A stretch of DNA of 64,000 nucleotides from Lama glama (taxonomy: Eukaryota). A model generated the notes under the pieces. The model did no database searches, had not been told where the DNA came from, and was given only the letters and a program-made list of their open reading frames with translations. Position 1 is the stretch's first letter. The number at the start of each line of letters is the position of its first letter. A program made the position numbers and the translations under genes. The stretch covers positions 36,768,001 to 36,832,000 of the forward strand of contig CM052817.1 of assembly GCA_028534125.1 (NCBI GenBank), written 5' to 3'. Below, piece after piece: positions 52,571 to 62,425 of this stretch.

Positions 52571-52974
52571 GAAAGTTTTTGTCTTGGCTTTGCATTTGTG
52601 CTTCTCCTTCTCATATCCTCCCTGGTGCCCTCCCCCCACCCCATTCCCCTCTTTGTCCGGAAGGAGGTAGAACTGAGAAAAGTGATAATAACATGGAGAG
52701 TGGCTTCAGGAAATAAAATTTACTTTATGAGATGTTACAAATGAGCAACAGAGGAAAGGGCATACAAGGACACGAAGCAGGCCCTCTTTATTAGAGCCGA
52801 GGGAGGTCAGAGGAAAGGCGAAATGCTGACGTAAGCCGGGCGGGGTGCAGGGAGGCTGTGATGCTTGCCGTCTCCAGTCAGTTCATTTCACAGCCACCGC
52901 CTTTGCCAGAGGCAGACCCCATCTGTTGCCCCTGAAATGAAGCACCGCAGATGACAGACTTTCTTATCAATCAT

Positions 52975-52980
52975 TTTATT
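52975..52980 (-). promoter_or_regulatory. Likely MEPE polyadenylation signal AATAAA (distal)
   Basis: tttatt on the plus strand, about 550 nt after the stop. A second AATAAA lies at 53116-53121. Confidence 0.65.
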
Positions 52981-53140
52981 ACAGATTATCATACGAGAGA
53001 TACTGTATTTCATGTCTACAGAGCAAACAACAGAGGGAGAATTTTATGACACTCACAACATATTTTTAAATGATACCTCTTTAAATGTTACCTATTCCAG
53101 AAATCCTTAATGAATTTTATTCCTTAATAAAGTATCATAA

Positions 53141-53313
53141 TTTTTTAACTGAAGTATAGTATAGATTTACAACATTGTGTTAGTTTCTGGTGAACAGCAT
53201 AGCGATTCTGTTATACATGTATATATATTCCTTTTCATCTTCTTTTCCACTATAAGCCATTACAAGGTATTAAATATAATTCCCTGTGCTATACGGTAGG
53301 ACGTTGTTGTTTA
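53141..53313 (-). mobile_element. L1 3' end fragment inside the MEPE 3' UTR (sense to MEPE)
   Basis: Aligns by eye with 910-1083 and 21140-21315 (tgaagtatagt..gatttacaa..ttgtgttagtttctggtg.acagcatag...tccctgtgctatac). Confidence 0.88.
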
Positions 53314-53530
53314 GCCGTAACCTTGACTAGGATTTCATAAAGCATCAAAACTTTGAACAGGATTTCATTCTACGACCATGAAAATCGCAACAGCCCTCCC
53401 CAGGAGGCCGGGTTCCCTGGTGTGTTCAGTGCCAGCTGGGTCCTTCAGCCGGTCCATTACCACGTGGCTCTCCTTTAGAGCGTCAAGTCCCAGACCACTA
53501 GTGTTCGCCCTTTTGTCCTGCTGGAAATTC

Positions 53531-54994
53531 CTAGTCACCATCGCTCTCACTTGAACTGCCACTGTCAGACGATTCACTACTGTCATGCCTTTTAGGGGGC
53601 CGAGCCCTCCTACTGGAATGGGGTCTTCTGTAACCCCAGGACCCTTTCCTTTGGGGCACACCCTTATTCCACGTAGAATTACTTTCTCTGTGGGGTACAT
53701 AGTGATTTTTCCTGCTGTGTGTTATGGTCCCCTCATTATTGCGGCCATTATGGAAACCTATTTCATTTTTAAAGTCATTGTCAAAACCAGGAGAAGGAAT
53801 GAGCCGGCCCTGACCTTTGCCCTTACTTGGAAATGTTTGTTTTTCATTTGAAGTCACTTGCTTCCTGTTGAAATGGTCTGTGCCTTTTCTGCTACTACCT
53901 TTGCCATTTTGGGGAATTTCATTATAATTCGTACTTTCAGCCCCATTGCTACTGCCATCTTTTCTTTTGTCTTTTGAGGGTGTGTGAGGGAAATGAAACT
54001 CTATTTTCCCTTGATGAACATTTTGTCTGCCGCCGTCCACTCTGTTTCCTTCTTTTCCAGGGAGTTTCTTAAAATCGGTGCTACCTATGATGTCGTTGCT
54101 GCCCTCCACGAGGCTTACATCGCCGGCATTTGCCTCTTTGGCTGTTTCATCCCTGGTTCCAATCGTATTCCTGCCATTTCCTTCCTTCTCCGGGATCTCA
54201 TTGTAACCTGGTCCTCTTGCATCGGGGGTGATGGTCTCGACTTCACTTGGGCTGGAAAACTCTGTTTGACTCTCTGCATCTTCCCGGTCAGGACCAATAG
54301 CTTCTCCTTTACCAGAAATGTCCTTAAAAGGTGGACCATCTCCACTGAAAGGACCGATATCATTGTCCCCCCTTCCTTGAAGATCTGGGTAACCACTGCC
54401 TTCAAAGTCACTGGGCACTTTTTTGACTTTGGGGGGCTGTTTTAGGTAATCCATGTGGTGCTGGACACGGTGGGCACTTCTGCTTTTCACTAGAGTGTTC
54501 TGGGCTCGGGAATCACTTTGATGGTTCTTCTTAATTTTTGTGGGCGCCTTAGCATAGTTTACAGCTGTTGGAATCTTGCTTAGAACATTCTTGGGCTTGT
54601 TCTTGTTTTCTTCCAAGAGTTCAGTCACAGCCCCCGGCTCCACTGTGTGTTGCATGCTATTTCGGATGAGCGCTGGGCCGTATTCCTCTTGGTCATGAAG
54701 TTTGCTGACAGCGCTTTCTCCCGCCTCAGCCCTGTGATTCCCAGTCAGTTCAGGGTAAGTGGGCATCTTTAGGTCACCGTGGGCGTTTTCTTTCTTACTA
54801 ATACTGTAGTCTTCATTCGTGGTCGGTCTGTTTTCAAAAAGATTTGGGGGTTTAGTGCTTTTGTTAATTTCATTGGCTCCAAGAAGGGACAAGGCTTTCT
54901 CATTTTCCTGGACAGTGTTTTCTCTAGGGGCAGGCTCTTGATGTCTCTTGCCGGAATGGTGAAGAGCAGTATTGTCTTTGTTCTTTCCTTCCTG
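53531..54994 (-). CDS. MEPE: MEPE (matrix extracellular phosphoglycoprotein) large terminal coding exon, 487 aa plus stop
   Basis: ORF 53531..54892 extends in frame 34 codons upstream to the acceptor ttaccctttag|CAG at 54994 (QEGKNKDNTALHHSGKRHQEPAPRENTVQENEKALSLLG...). Contains the dentonin region DLQGRGDNDIGPFSGDGPPFKD (RGD 54365-54373, SGDG 54335-54346) and the C-terminal ASARM peptide RHDSSESSDSGSSSESDGD*. Colinear with human MEPE as recalled. Confidence 0.98.
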   Translation of the reverse strand, partial: QEGKNKDNTALHHSGKRHQEPAPRENTVQENEKALSLLGANEINKSTKPPNLFENRPTTNEDYSISKKENAHGDLKMPTYPELTGNHRAEAGESAVSKLHDQEEYGPALIRNSMQHTVEPGAVTELLEENKNKPKNVLSKIPTAVNYAKAPTKIKKNHQSDSRAQNTLVKSRSAHRVQHHMDYLKQPPKVKKVPSDFEGSGYPDLQGRGDNDIGPFSGDGPPFKDISGKGEAIGPDREDAESQTEFSSPSEVETITPDARGPGYNEIPEKEGNGRNTIGTRDETAKEANAGDVSLVEGSNDIIGSTDFKKLPGKEGNRVDGGRQNVHQGKIEFHFPHTPSKDKRKDGSSNGAESTNYNEIPQNGKGSSRKGTDHFNRKQVTSNEKQTFPSKGKGQGRLIPSPGFDNDFKNEIGFHNGRNNEGTITHSRKNHYVPHRESNSTWNKGVPQRKGSWGYRRPHSSRRARPPKRHDSSESSDSGSSSESDGD

Positions 54995-55475
54995 CTAAAG
55001 GGTAATTTTCAACATAAAGTGATTCTTTTATGTTAAATTTTTTAAGTCTAATAATTCTTAGGCAATAATAGTACTTTAAATAAACCCACAAGATACTTAA
55101 TAAAAAGAGACCATTAACTCAATAGAGGTTTGTTGGTAGAGATAATTCTGGAATGGCCAAAGCAGGTTTCATGGAAAAAGAAGGAGCAAGGCTGGAAAGG
55201 TGGGTAAGATTCCAGTGCATGAAAGGGGAGCGGTGAGAACATCTTAAGAATACGTGGCATATTTAAATGTTTGGAAACAAGAAACGTTTGAAAGATAACA
55301 TGAATAAAGCTGTGAGGTTGGAATAGAAAAATCCTAAAGAAGAGAATAAGAAATAAATTTGGAAATGCAGATTTTGAAGGAGGACCTGAATTTAAGGAGG
55401 ATGAGTGTGGTCCTTATGTTGTAACTGGGGAGTCACTGCAGGTGAAATGGAATTCATCTTTCAAACATAATTATT

Positions 55476-55663
55476 CTCTCTCTCATTCTCTCTCCCTCCC
55501 CCATTCTCTCTCTTTGCTTTGCCCTGGTCTTCAAAGGTATAAATCTTTTCATTTCTTCTTCCTTCCTTCCTTCCTTCCTTCCTTCCTTCCTTCCTTCCTT
55601 CCTTCCTTCCTTCCTCCCTTCCTTTCTCTCTCTCCCTCTCTCTCTCTGTCTCTTTCTTTTTTT
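55476..55663. repeat. (CT)n/(TTCC)n microsatellite in the last MEPE intron
   Basis: Read directly from the sequence. Confidence 0.92.
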
Positions 55664-55835
55664 TAAGTAGAAAATATCCAAATAGAAGAATCTAGGTGAT
55701 ACTCAGCTTCTAACATTCAAACAAAGGATTTTGCAACAACTGTTGGTGACCCAAGTTACTGTCTGAAAAAGGACTCATTCATTTCATTTTCTTCCTCTTT
55801 TATCATGTAATAAACCAAATTCGACTGTCTAGATC

Positions 55836-56020
55836 AATAGGGCCTCAAAATGCAGCATCATCAGAACTATGTGGAAGGCTTACTAAAACAAAGATTGTTG
55901 GATCCGACGGCCAAAGTGTCTGATGCGTAGGCTGGGAGTGGGGTCCAGAATTTGCACTCGTGACAAGTTCCCAGCTGAGGCTGAGTCTGCTGGTCTGTAG
56001 ACCACACTCTGAGAACTTCT
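55836..56020. mobile_element. MER5A-like hAT-Charlie MITE
   Basis: gcatcatcagaac..tggaaggcttactaaaaca.agattg.tgg...cagaatttgca...acaagttcccag.tga.gctga..ctgctggtc...agaccacactctgagaac. Confidence 0.75.
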
Positions 56021-59000
56021 CTTTGTGATCATAAGTGTAAGTAAGGGAGGTCCAGACAAGAAAAGTCCCGGAGAGAATAATGGGAAGAGAAAGGAAACGT
56101 GGAAAAGAAGAGGAAGTGTCTACGTTTGTATCTCAATTTGTCCATCTTTTGGGGGGAAGGTCTGCGCCTTGCCAGCCTGAGGTGCAGCCCAGGTGCAAGA
56201 CGCTTGAACAATGTGGTTGAGAAGAAAGAGGGGCTGAGACTGGTTTTTCCCGTGCTGCTCACTGTTCCTCTGCACAGGCTGGATATGGAAGCATCTGAGA
56301 GTGGTTGGGAGCTTTCCAGGGAGTGTCACTGTGGAGGGAGTGAGGTGGCTCTAAAAGGAGATGTAGATGAAGTGTATACACTTGGGACAAATGTGAGTCA
56401 TAGTCAAAGAGGCGTCTAATTTGGCATGAGAGCCAAGAGAGGCTGAATCATCACTAGGTCCCAACCAAGACTGTACTGTTTGGTCCCAAGCTGTGGCAGC
56501 CAGCAACTTCATCTTAGGGTACCAGCAGGCCAGCAGCACACAAGTGGTCAAGCAATGTTGCCCCATGCGTGTCTGAGGATTCCATGTCTTCCTGTGCGCT
56601 ATGGCGTAAGCCATGTTTGTACACGTGGTATGTGATCTGTAGGGGATGGTGTAAGCCGTACCCTACTCCCTCTTAGGTGTGCATGCCAGCTTAGAGGGAG
56701 AAGGGAGGAGAGTGAAGATCCAAGCATCTTTATCCCAGGTAGACTGAAGGATTAACTTAAAGAACTACTTCAATGATTAGATAACCTTAAGTTTACACAG
56801 GTTGAATTTAAATTAATTTCTGCATGCTCCCTCCCCCTTCCATTGACCCATGGGGAGGAGCTCTTGAGCAACAGAACAATTATAAACAGAATCATACGTT
56901 CTCTCCACCTCAGACTTGTTGGGTGAGCTAAAATTTACACCACCACTACAGAAGTCTTTGAACTAAAATCAAAATAAGAGATATTTATCGAGGGATCAGC
57001 ACATGTGAGAAGCTGGGCTGGGTGCTACATGGTCTAAGGAATCCCTGATGACTTCTTGAATGGCAGAGGTTAACAGTTCTGCAGGGGTGTGGAGGGTGGG
57101 GGTGAGGTGGTGGGGCAGAGACCTCATATTTAATCAGGGTTTGCACAGATTTACACAGTGTCAGGGATTCATAGAACCTGGGATTCCAGAGATAAGAATT
57201 TGATTTTATTTTGCAGGGGATGAAGGGCTAGTGAAGGTGCATGAGCAAGAGAGTAACAAAATAAAAATCAGAGGTTTAGGAGAAATTGTGGTAAGAAAGA
57301 ACAGTTTGGAGGATGCTGCAGGTCCAGGAATGAGCTGTAATCACTTAGATTAGGATTACGCCAAAGAAAAACGTTACAAAGAAAAACCTCTTGCTGGTGT
57401 CCAAATAAAAGAAGGGTTAATAACTAGAACGTTGACATGCAAAAATGAAGGCAAGAGAAAAAGATAACTTTAATATTAGCCACATTGATATTGAGAGGAT
57501 ATGGAACCTGAGAACTGGGTGTATCCAGTGAGAGACAGAGCTGGGTGTCCAGCCTCTCCGCCCGCATCCTTCCCAGTCTCTACGACCTGTGGTCAACTGG
57601 CCTGTCCTTGAACATATTAAGGGCTAATTGCTTGTTAATTTTCAGGGCAGATCTTTTCATTTATGGATATTCTAATTTTTAAAAAGCTTTTTAAAACCTT
57701 CAACTAGTAACTAGTACCCCTTTTTTCCGGAAGCAACAATTCTTAAGGGCATTTCCTCTTTCATAGGCCACCCTTCTAGGAAAGTTCAGTTTTCCTCCCT
57801 ACTCACCGGGGACCCAATGGAGGTTTCTCTTCCCCAGGCTGACACGTGCAGAGCTCTCTTAGGAGGTCGCTATGCTCAGACCCACCCCAATGGAAGGACC
57901 GTCTACTTGGCGGGTTCCTCACTTTTAATATACTTGCTTCCCTGTTGGAAGCACCTGGGAACTGCTGAGTCAGCTTACACTTGAATCTCAAGATAAAAAT
58001 GGTTTACAGAAGTGTCCTCTGTTCTTATGAAGCTGGCTAACACACAGCACACAAAAGTTCCAACGTGTAGTGTTTTTAGGATGTAATTTGAAATAACTTA
58101 TTTGGGAAGATTTACCATTATTCACTAATCTTTTATATTGGCAGGTGTATTCTGAAAATAGGTAAGACTTTTCTCACGAGGAAAAATAAAATAGAAAAGA
58201 ACTCCATAATAAGTCATTTCTGAATAAAAAGGATTTAAAAAATATTTGACTTATTTTAAAACGTTAAATCTTGGAAAGTTTTCACGGGCATTTATGTTTT
58301 CCTTTGCAGCCAAGTTCATTTGCTCATGGCTAATGTGCACTTTTGAGTTAAACAGGTGCACTATAATAATCCCTTCTTAATTTTTTCCCCTTCCTTTTCT
58401 GAAGCAGGACATTTTATTTTATATTTGGTGCTTTTACTGCCTTTAAAACCGTAGCCTGTATGCTAGTAATCTGTGTGCATTTCTTTAAAGACTGAATAGA
58501 GTTCTTTTAGAAATAAAAGCATGAAACAGCTTTCAAGTTGTGACATGTGATGGTCAGTCATTTCTGCATTTGCTTCTGCCGCATGACTTCTGATCTCACT
58601 GTTGACTCTATGACGGTTTTAGCATCAGCGTATCACTTGGCTGGTCTCTGTGCCTTGGTTCATATTATTCTTTTCATGGCTTCTCTCACACAATTGTTTA
58701 CTCAAATCCTACTCATCCTTCAAGGCCCAGCTCAGTTATTCCCATTCTGTAGCTTTCCCTGAACACCAGAGTAGGAACTAGACTTTTCTACCCCAAGCCC
58801 TAAAGCACGATTCTTTGGGTACAACTTACAGGGCACTTTGCACATGCTGTCTCGGATTATAGTAATTTTTGTAAGTGCCTTTTGTTTCTTTTCTAACTCT
58901 AAAATCCTGGAGGGAAGGAGTTAAGTTTTCACAATCATTTTATCACACATAATATCTTGTACCATAGGAAGAGCTCAGCAGATATTTAAAGAAGTTTAAA

Positions 59001-59702
59001 AGGCAATTAGTCTTGGAGATGCTAAGTCACAGGAGATACAGCTGAAGAATTCTGAGCAGAACAAAATAACCTTCTGAAGGGAAACTACTACTTCCCTGGG
59101 AAATGAAGCCAGATTTGGAGAAAGTAAATGGTCTTTTTGCTGATGGCATTTTAAACTGTTTCTAGCTCTTTGGCCAGTGAATCTGCAAGAAGGGACCGAG
59201 TGAAAAGAACTATTGTTTTCTTCCAGTGACAAAGTCCCAATTCTTTCTCCCCTAAGGATCCTGACACAGATGGAGTCAGCTGAGGAGGGAATTTAAGGGA
59301 CACTAACATGTCACGTTTTAGGCCAAAAAGACTTCCTTCTAATCCCCTAGCCCCTCATTAGAGTATATGGTAAATTATGTCCAGAACACCTCCTTATAAA
59401 AGATCAAACTTTACTCAGAAGCGATAACATGAAAAACTCATGGGTGTCTGGGACCCGCCAGTACCACACCTGCCATGGGAGGTCCCGAAGCGGGCAGGAT
59501 TGGGGCCAGGGCATGTGGTGGTCCATCTGTGTCAGCAACACTCAGGGACTCTGGGGAGCTGGAACTGTCGGGGAAGAACAAAGGCACCAGCCACAGACAG
59601 AAACCCCAGAGCAGGCGAAAGTAAGCTTTGTCTCCCCTTCAGTTTCTCCCAGTGTTAGTCCAGAGTTTGGCTCATGTTAAGAATCACCAGGATTCAGCTT
59701 AC

Positions 59703-59795
59703 CTTCATGTCAGTTTGGTTTTTCCTCCCAGGTGATGTGTAAACATACTTAAACATATAATACCCATGTTTCTCATGGTGGCCTTTGTACGTTAT
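59703..59795 (-). CDS. MEPE: MEPE internal 93-nt coding exon (ITYKGHHEKHGYYMFKYVYTSPGRKNQTDMK)
   Basis: Acceptor tgtgttttgtag|ATA, donor AAG|gtaagc. 31 codons, open, phase 0/0. Resembles the extra N-terminal exon recalled from long mammalian MEPE isoforms. Confidence 0.9.
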
Positions 59796-60751
59796 CTACA
59801 AAACACAACATTACATTAAGGTGGGTTTATATCTTACTAGGACGTTTTCTGGTTCTCTTTTCGAAACGACAAGGTATTTTTCACTTGGGTTAAGTCTGCT
59901 TCTGCATCTGACAAGTGGTAGTGCTTCCAGTAACCACAGGAGGGCGTGTGTCAGCCAGCTCCTGAAGAGAGCGGCCAGTTCCTTTCTTTTCTGCCCATCT
60001 CTAAATCAGTTTTCGTTGAGGATGGTTGTCAATCGCTCTCTCCCCCAGGGTGTATCAATTCTTTAAACCAAATTTCAACAGAAATAGAGCACGTGGAAGT
60101 ATTTTCAAGTGGGAGGAGACGGGGGATTAGGAGAAAGGCAGAGTTTACAGTATTCATGCTGAATGTCGAACAGGCAAAACTCACAGCATGAACATTCAGG
60201 CTCTTAAGCTTGCAGTTTTCTCCTTTGTAATTTTCAGCTGAGATAGAGAACAGAAGATTGTTAGTTTTTGGAGCAGAATTTTCTGAGACTGCCAGGAGAA
60301 CCCGTGGTAGGCAGAAGTAAGCTGCAATTTGGTGACATGAAAAGCCGAGGGTCCGTGTTGAACTCTCTGGTTGCCTCAGAAAGCTAACTCCATGTACACA
60401 GAATTCCCCACTGAGACGCGCTGACCCACTTCCCTTTGCTTTCTCCCTCATTTACCGCTTTTTTCTCACGTACACATGTGGGAGAATATTGTTGGCCGGT
60501 AACAATCTCCCAGAAGTTTCACTCATCCCTCTAAAGGAAGAAATCATAGCGAAGAGAAACAGGTTTCCATTTGGAAGTATTTTCTCTTTTCTATCACCTT
60601 GGGTGAATTCAGGTGCCAAATTGTGTGGTGTGATTTTTCCATTTCCACCCCAGGGACACAAGAATATTTTGACAGTTAAAATTTTCCTCTTATTGACTTT
60701 TCTCTTTACAGAGTGGAAAGGGGTTTATTTGAGAAGAATAATTCTGTTTAC

Positions 60752-60805
60752 CCTCTGTTCTTCCACACAGTCTTGCTTAGTTTTCTCCCCCTGGGGTTGA
60801 AATGT
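60752..60805 (-). CDS. MEPE: MEPE 54-nt coding exon (TFQPQGEKTKQDCVEEQR)
   Basis: Acceptor ttcctttcag|ACA, donor AGG|gtaaac, phase 0/0. Near-identical to human TFQPQTEKTKQSCVEEQR, which follows the signal peptide. Confidence 0.96.
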
Positions 60806-62309
60806 CTGAAAGGAAACAAGAAATAAAACTTTACCCGACATTTCTTCTTTCATTCATTTCTTCAAACAATAAATGTTTCATTTATTTATTTTTTTCTCAC
60901 TGGGCTGTATTATTCCATGTGGAACATCATTCTGACCAAACGAAGACGGACACACTCCCCATGTTTGTTTCAGTATTGAAGGAGGATACCTGCATCTCCC
61001 TACCCCCCTAAACACACCCACAGAGGGAGATAATGCCGTCTCCACTACAGAACCACATTCAGGTGCAGGGGTTGGGAGGGGTGGTGCGCCATGTGAAAAC
61101 TCTTGGATGTCACTGGTATCTGCTGAAGACAAAGTTTTCCCTGGTACACTGGGTGTTGTTAGTATCAGTGAACCAAAATCAGAGTTTGGTGATAGGGATT
61201 GTATGTGCATTGATTGTGGATACCCAGTAACTACTATATGAGTAAAGATATGATACTGCTGGTAGTCCAGCAAGAGTAACAGCATAGCCCTGAACCTAAG
61301 GGAAAGAGCACACCTAAGGATGGGACTTTATTGCTGCTAGTCACCTGGGCAGGTGTGTCTTTCAGGGAAAGGGAAAATGGGGTGGCTTGCAGATTGGGAC
61401 AAACTCTTTCTCTTGATTAGACAAGAGAGTGTCAGAGTATCTTGAGGGTAGATGGCTGGTGATGAGTGTCAGCCATGGAGGTGGAGAAAGACCAGAAACT
61501 AAAAATGAATAGGCACAGCTTTGTCCCAGGCTTCGGGAATAAAACTGAGATATCACAGAAGAGCATGCGCAGAAGAGGACCTGCAGACCCTGGAGCAAGA
61601 CTGCCATGGCAGGAGTAGACATGACAGCCCTTTCTTCTCAGTATTTTTATTTCCTTATTTATTTTTGAAACTCCTAGGTTATCTCAGATTTGACAAGAGG
61701 AACCAATGGGTGGCACTGGCTGAGTCTGAATGCCTGTGCTCAAGCAGATCAGCCTGGTGGAACTGGTAAGATGAGAAAGAGACTTCCTCAAGGGAAAGAT
61801 GAAATAAAAGGGCTCTGTCAACCTGGAGGGAAGGTATTCAGCTTGAGGAAACCTTTAAGTTCTGCATTTCCTTGCAATAAGGTGTTGGGAATTAGCCTGC
61901 TTGCTTTCAGATACTGGGCTCCCTGGGCTGGATGACCCCTACAAAGCACGTTCCCCAAGCTCCCTGGCCATCTGGCTTCAGTCTGGGTTTGGCGTGGGAG
62001 GCGTGGCCTGAGACTGGAGGGTGGAAGGAGAGAGAAGCCCAGGTTCGTCCTTCCCTGCTCTCTCGATTGGGGGCTGCATCTCTAGAACCAGATGCATCTC
62101 CTCTGTGGTCCCACCTCCTGCGGGGCCCCTCCCCCAACCCAGGGCACTGGGAACATCACCTCCTTCTTTGTTCCCATCACCCAAGGGATGGGAGCAGTTT
62201 AAATATCTGGGTTGCTTCACCACCCCTGATTTGTTCTTTCTGTTTGTCCTGTACTTTACAACTATTCTGCAAGTAAAATCCCTCTGCTAAACTCCCTATC
62301 ATGAATTTT

Positions 62310-62425
62310 GGGTTTTTTGTTTGTTTGTTTGTTTTTTATTTTTTTAACCAGAGGTACTGGGGATTGAACCCAGGACCTCGTGCATACTAAGAATGCACTC
62401 TACCACTGAGCTATACCCTCCCCCC
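62310..62425 (-). mobile_element. Vic-1-type camelid SINE (tRNA-Ala-derived), intronic
   Basis: Minus strand GGGGGAGGGTATAGCTCAGTGGTAGAGTGCATTCTTAGTATGCACGAGGTCCTGGGTTCAATCCCCAGTACCTC followed by an A-rich/(AAAC)n tail. A and B boxes present. Confidence 0.88.

Larger units (their letters stand above)
52960..53530 (-). other. MEPE: MEPE 3' UTR (approximate end)
   Basis: Follows the TAG stop. The distal part (aataggtaacattt...tgttgtttgctctgtagacatgaaa) resembles the human MEPE 3' UTR as recalled and is followed by AATAAA. Cleavage site is estimated. Confidence 0.7.

Noticed and set aside
54890..54892. TTG start of the 453-aa ORF given in the track
   Set aside because: It is an internal Leu codon. 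The reading frame continues to the splice acceptor at 54994.
53365..55036. Overlapping and antisense ORFs within the MEPE terminal exon (53365-53700, 53585-53851, 53984-54445, 54115-54411, 54779-55036)
   Set aside because: Shadow frames of the real CDS with no recognisable protein features.
52559..61138. Direct repeat gtatctgctgaaga(ca)aagtttt at 52559-52579 and 61116-61138 bracketing the MEPE exons
   Set aside because: A 14-bp exact match is expected by chance within 64 kb, and no mechanism or longer homology is visible.
61320..61356. tgggactttattgctgctagtcacctgggcag, loosely resembling MEPE signal-peptide exon DNA
   Set aside because: It is on the opposite strand to MEPE and the ATG frame hits a stop (TAG). 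The true exon was not found in the window.
62350..62425. Possible tRNA-Ala gene
   Set aside because: Altered anticodon arm, extra 5' Gs and an A-rich tail indicate a SINE.
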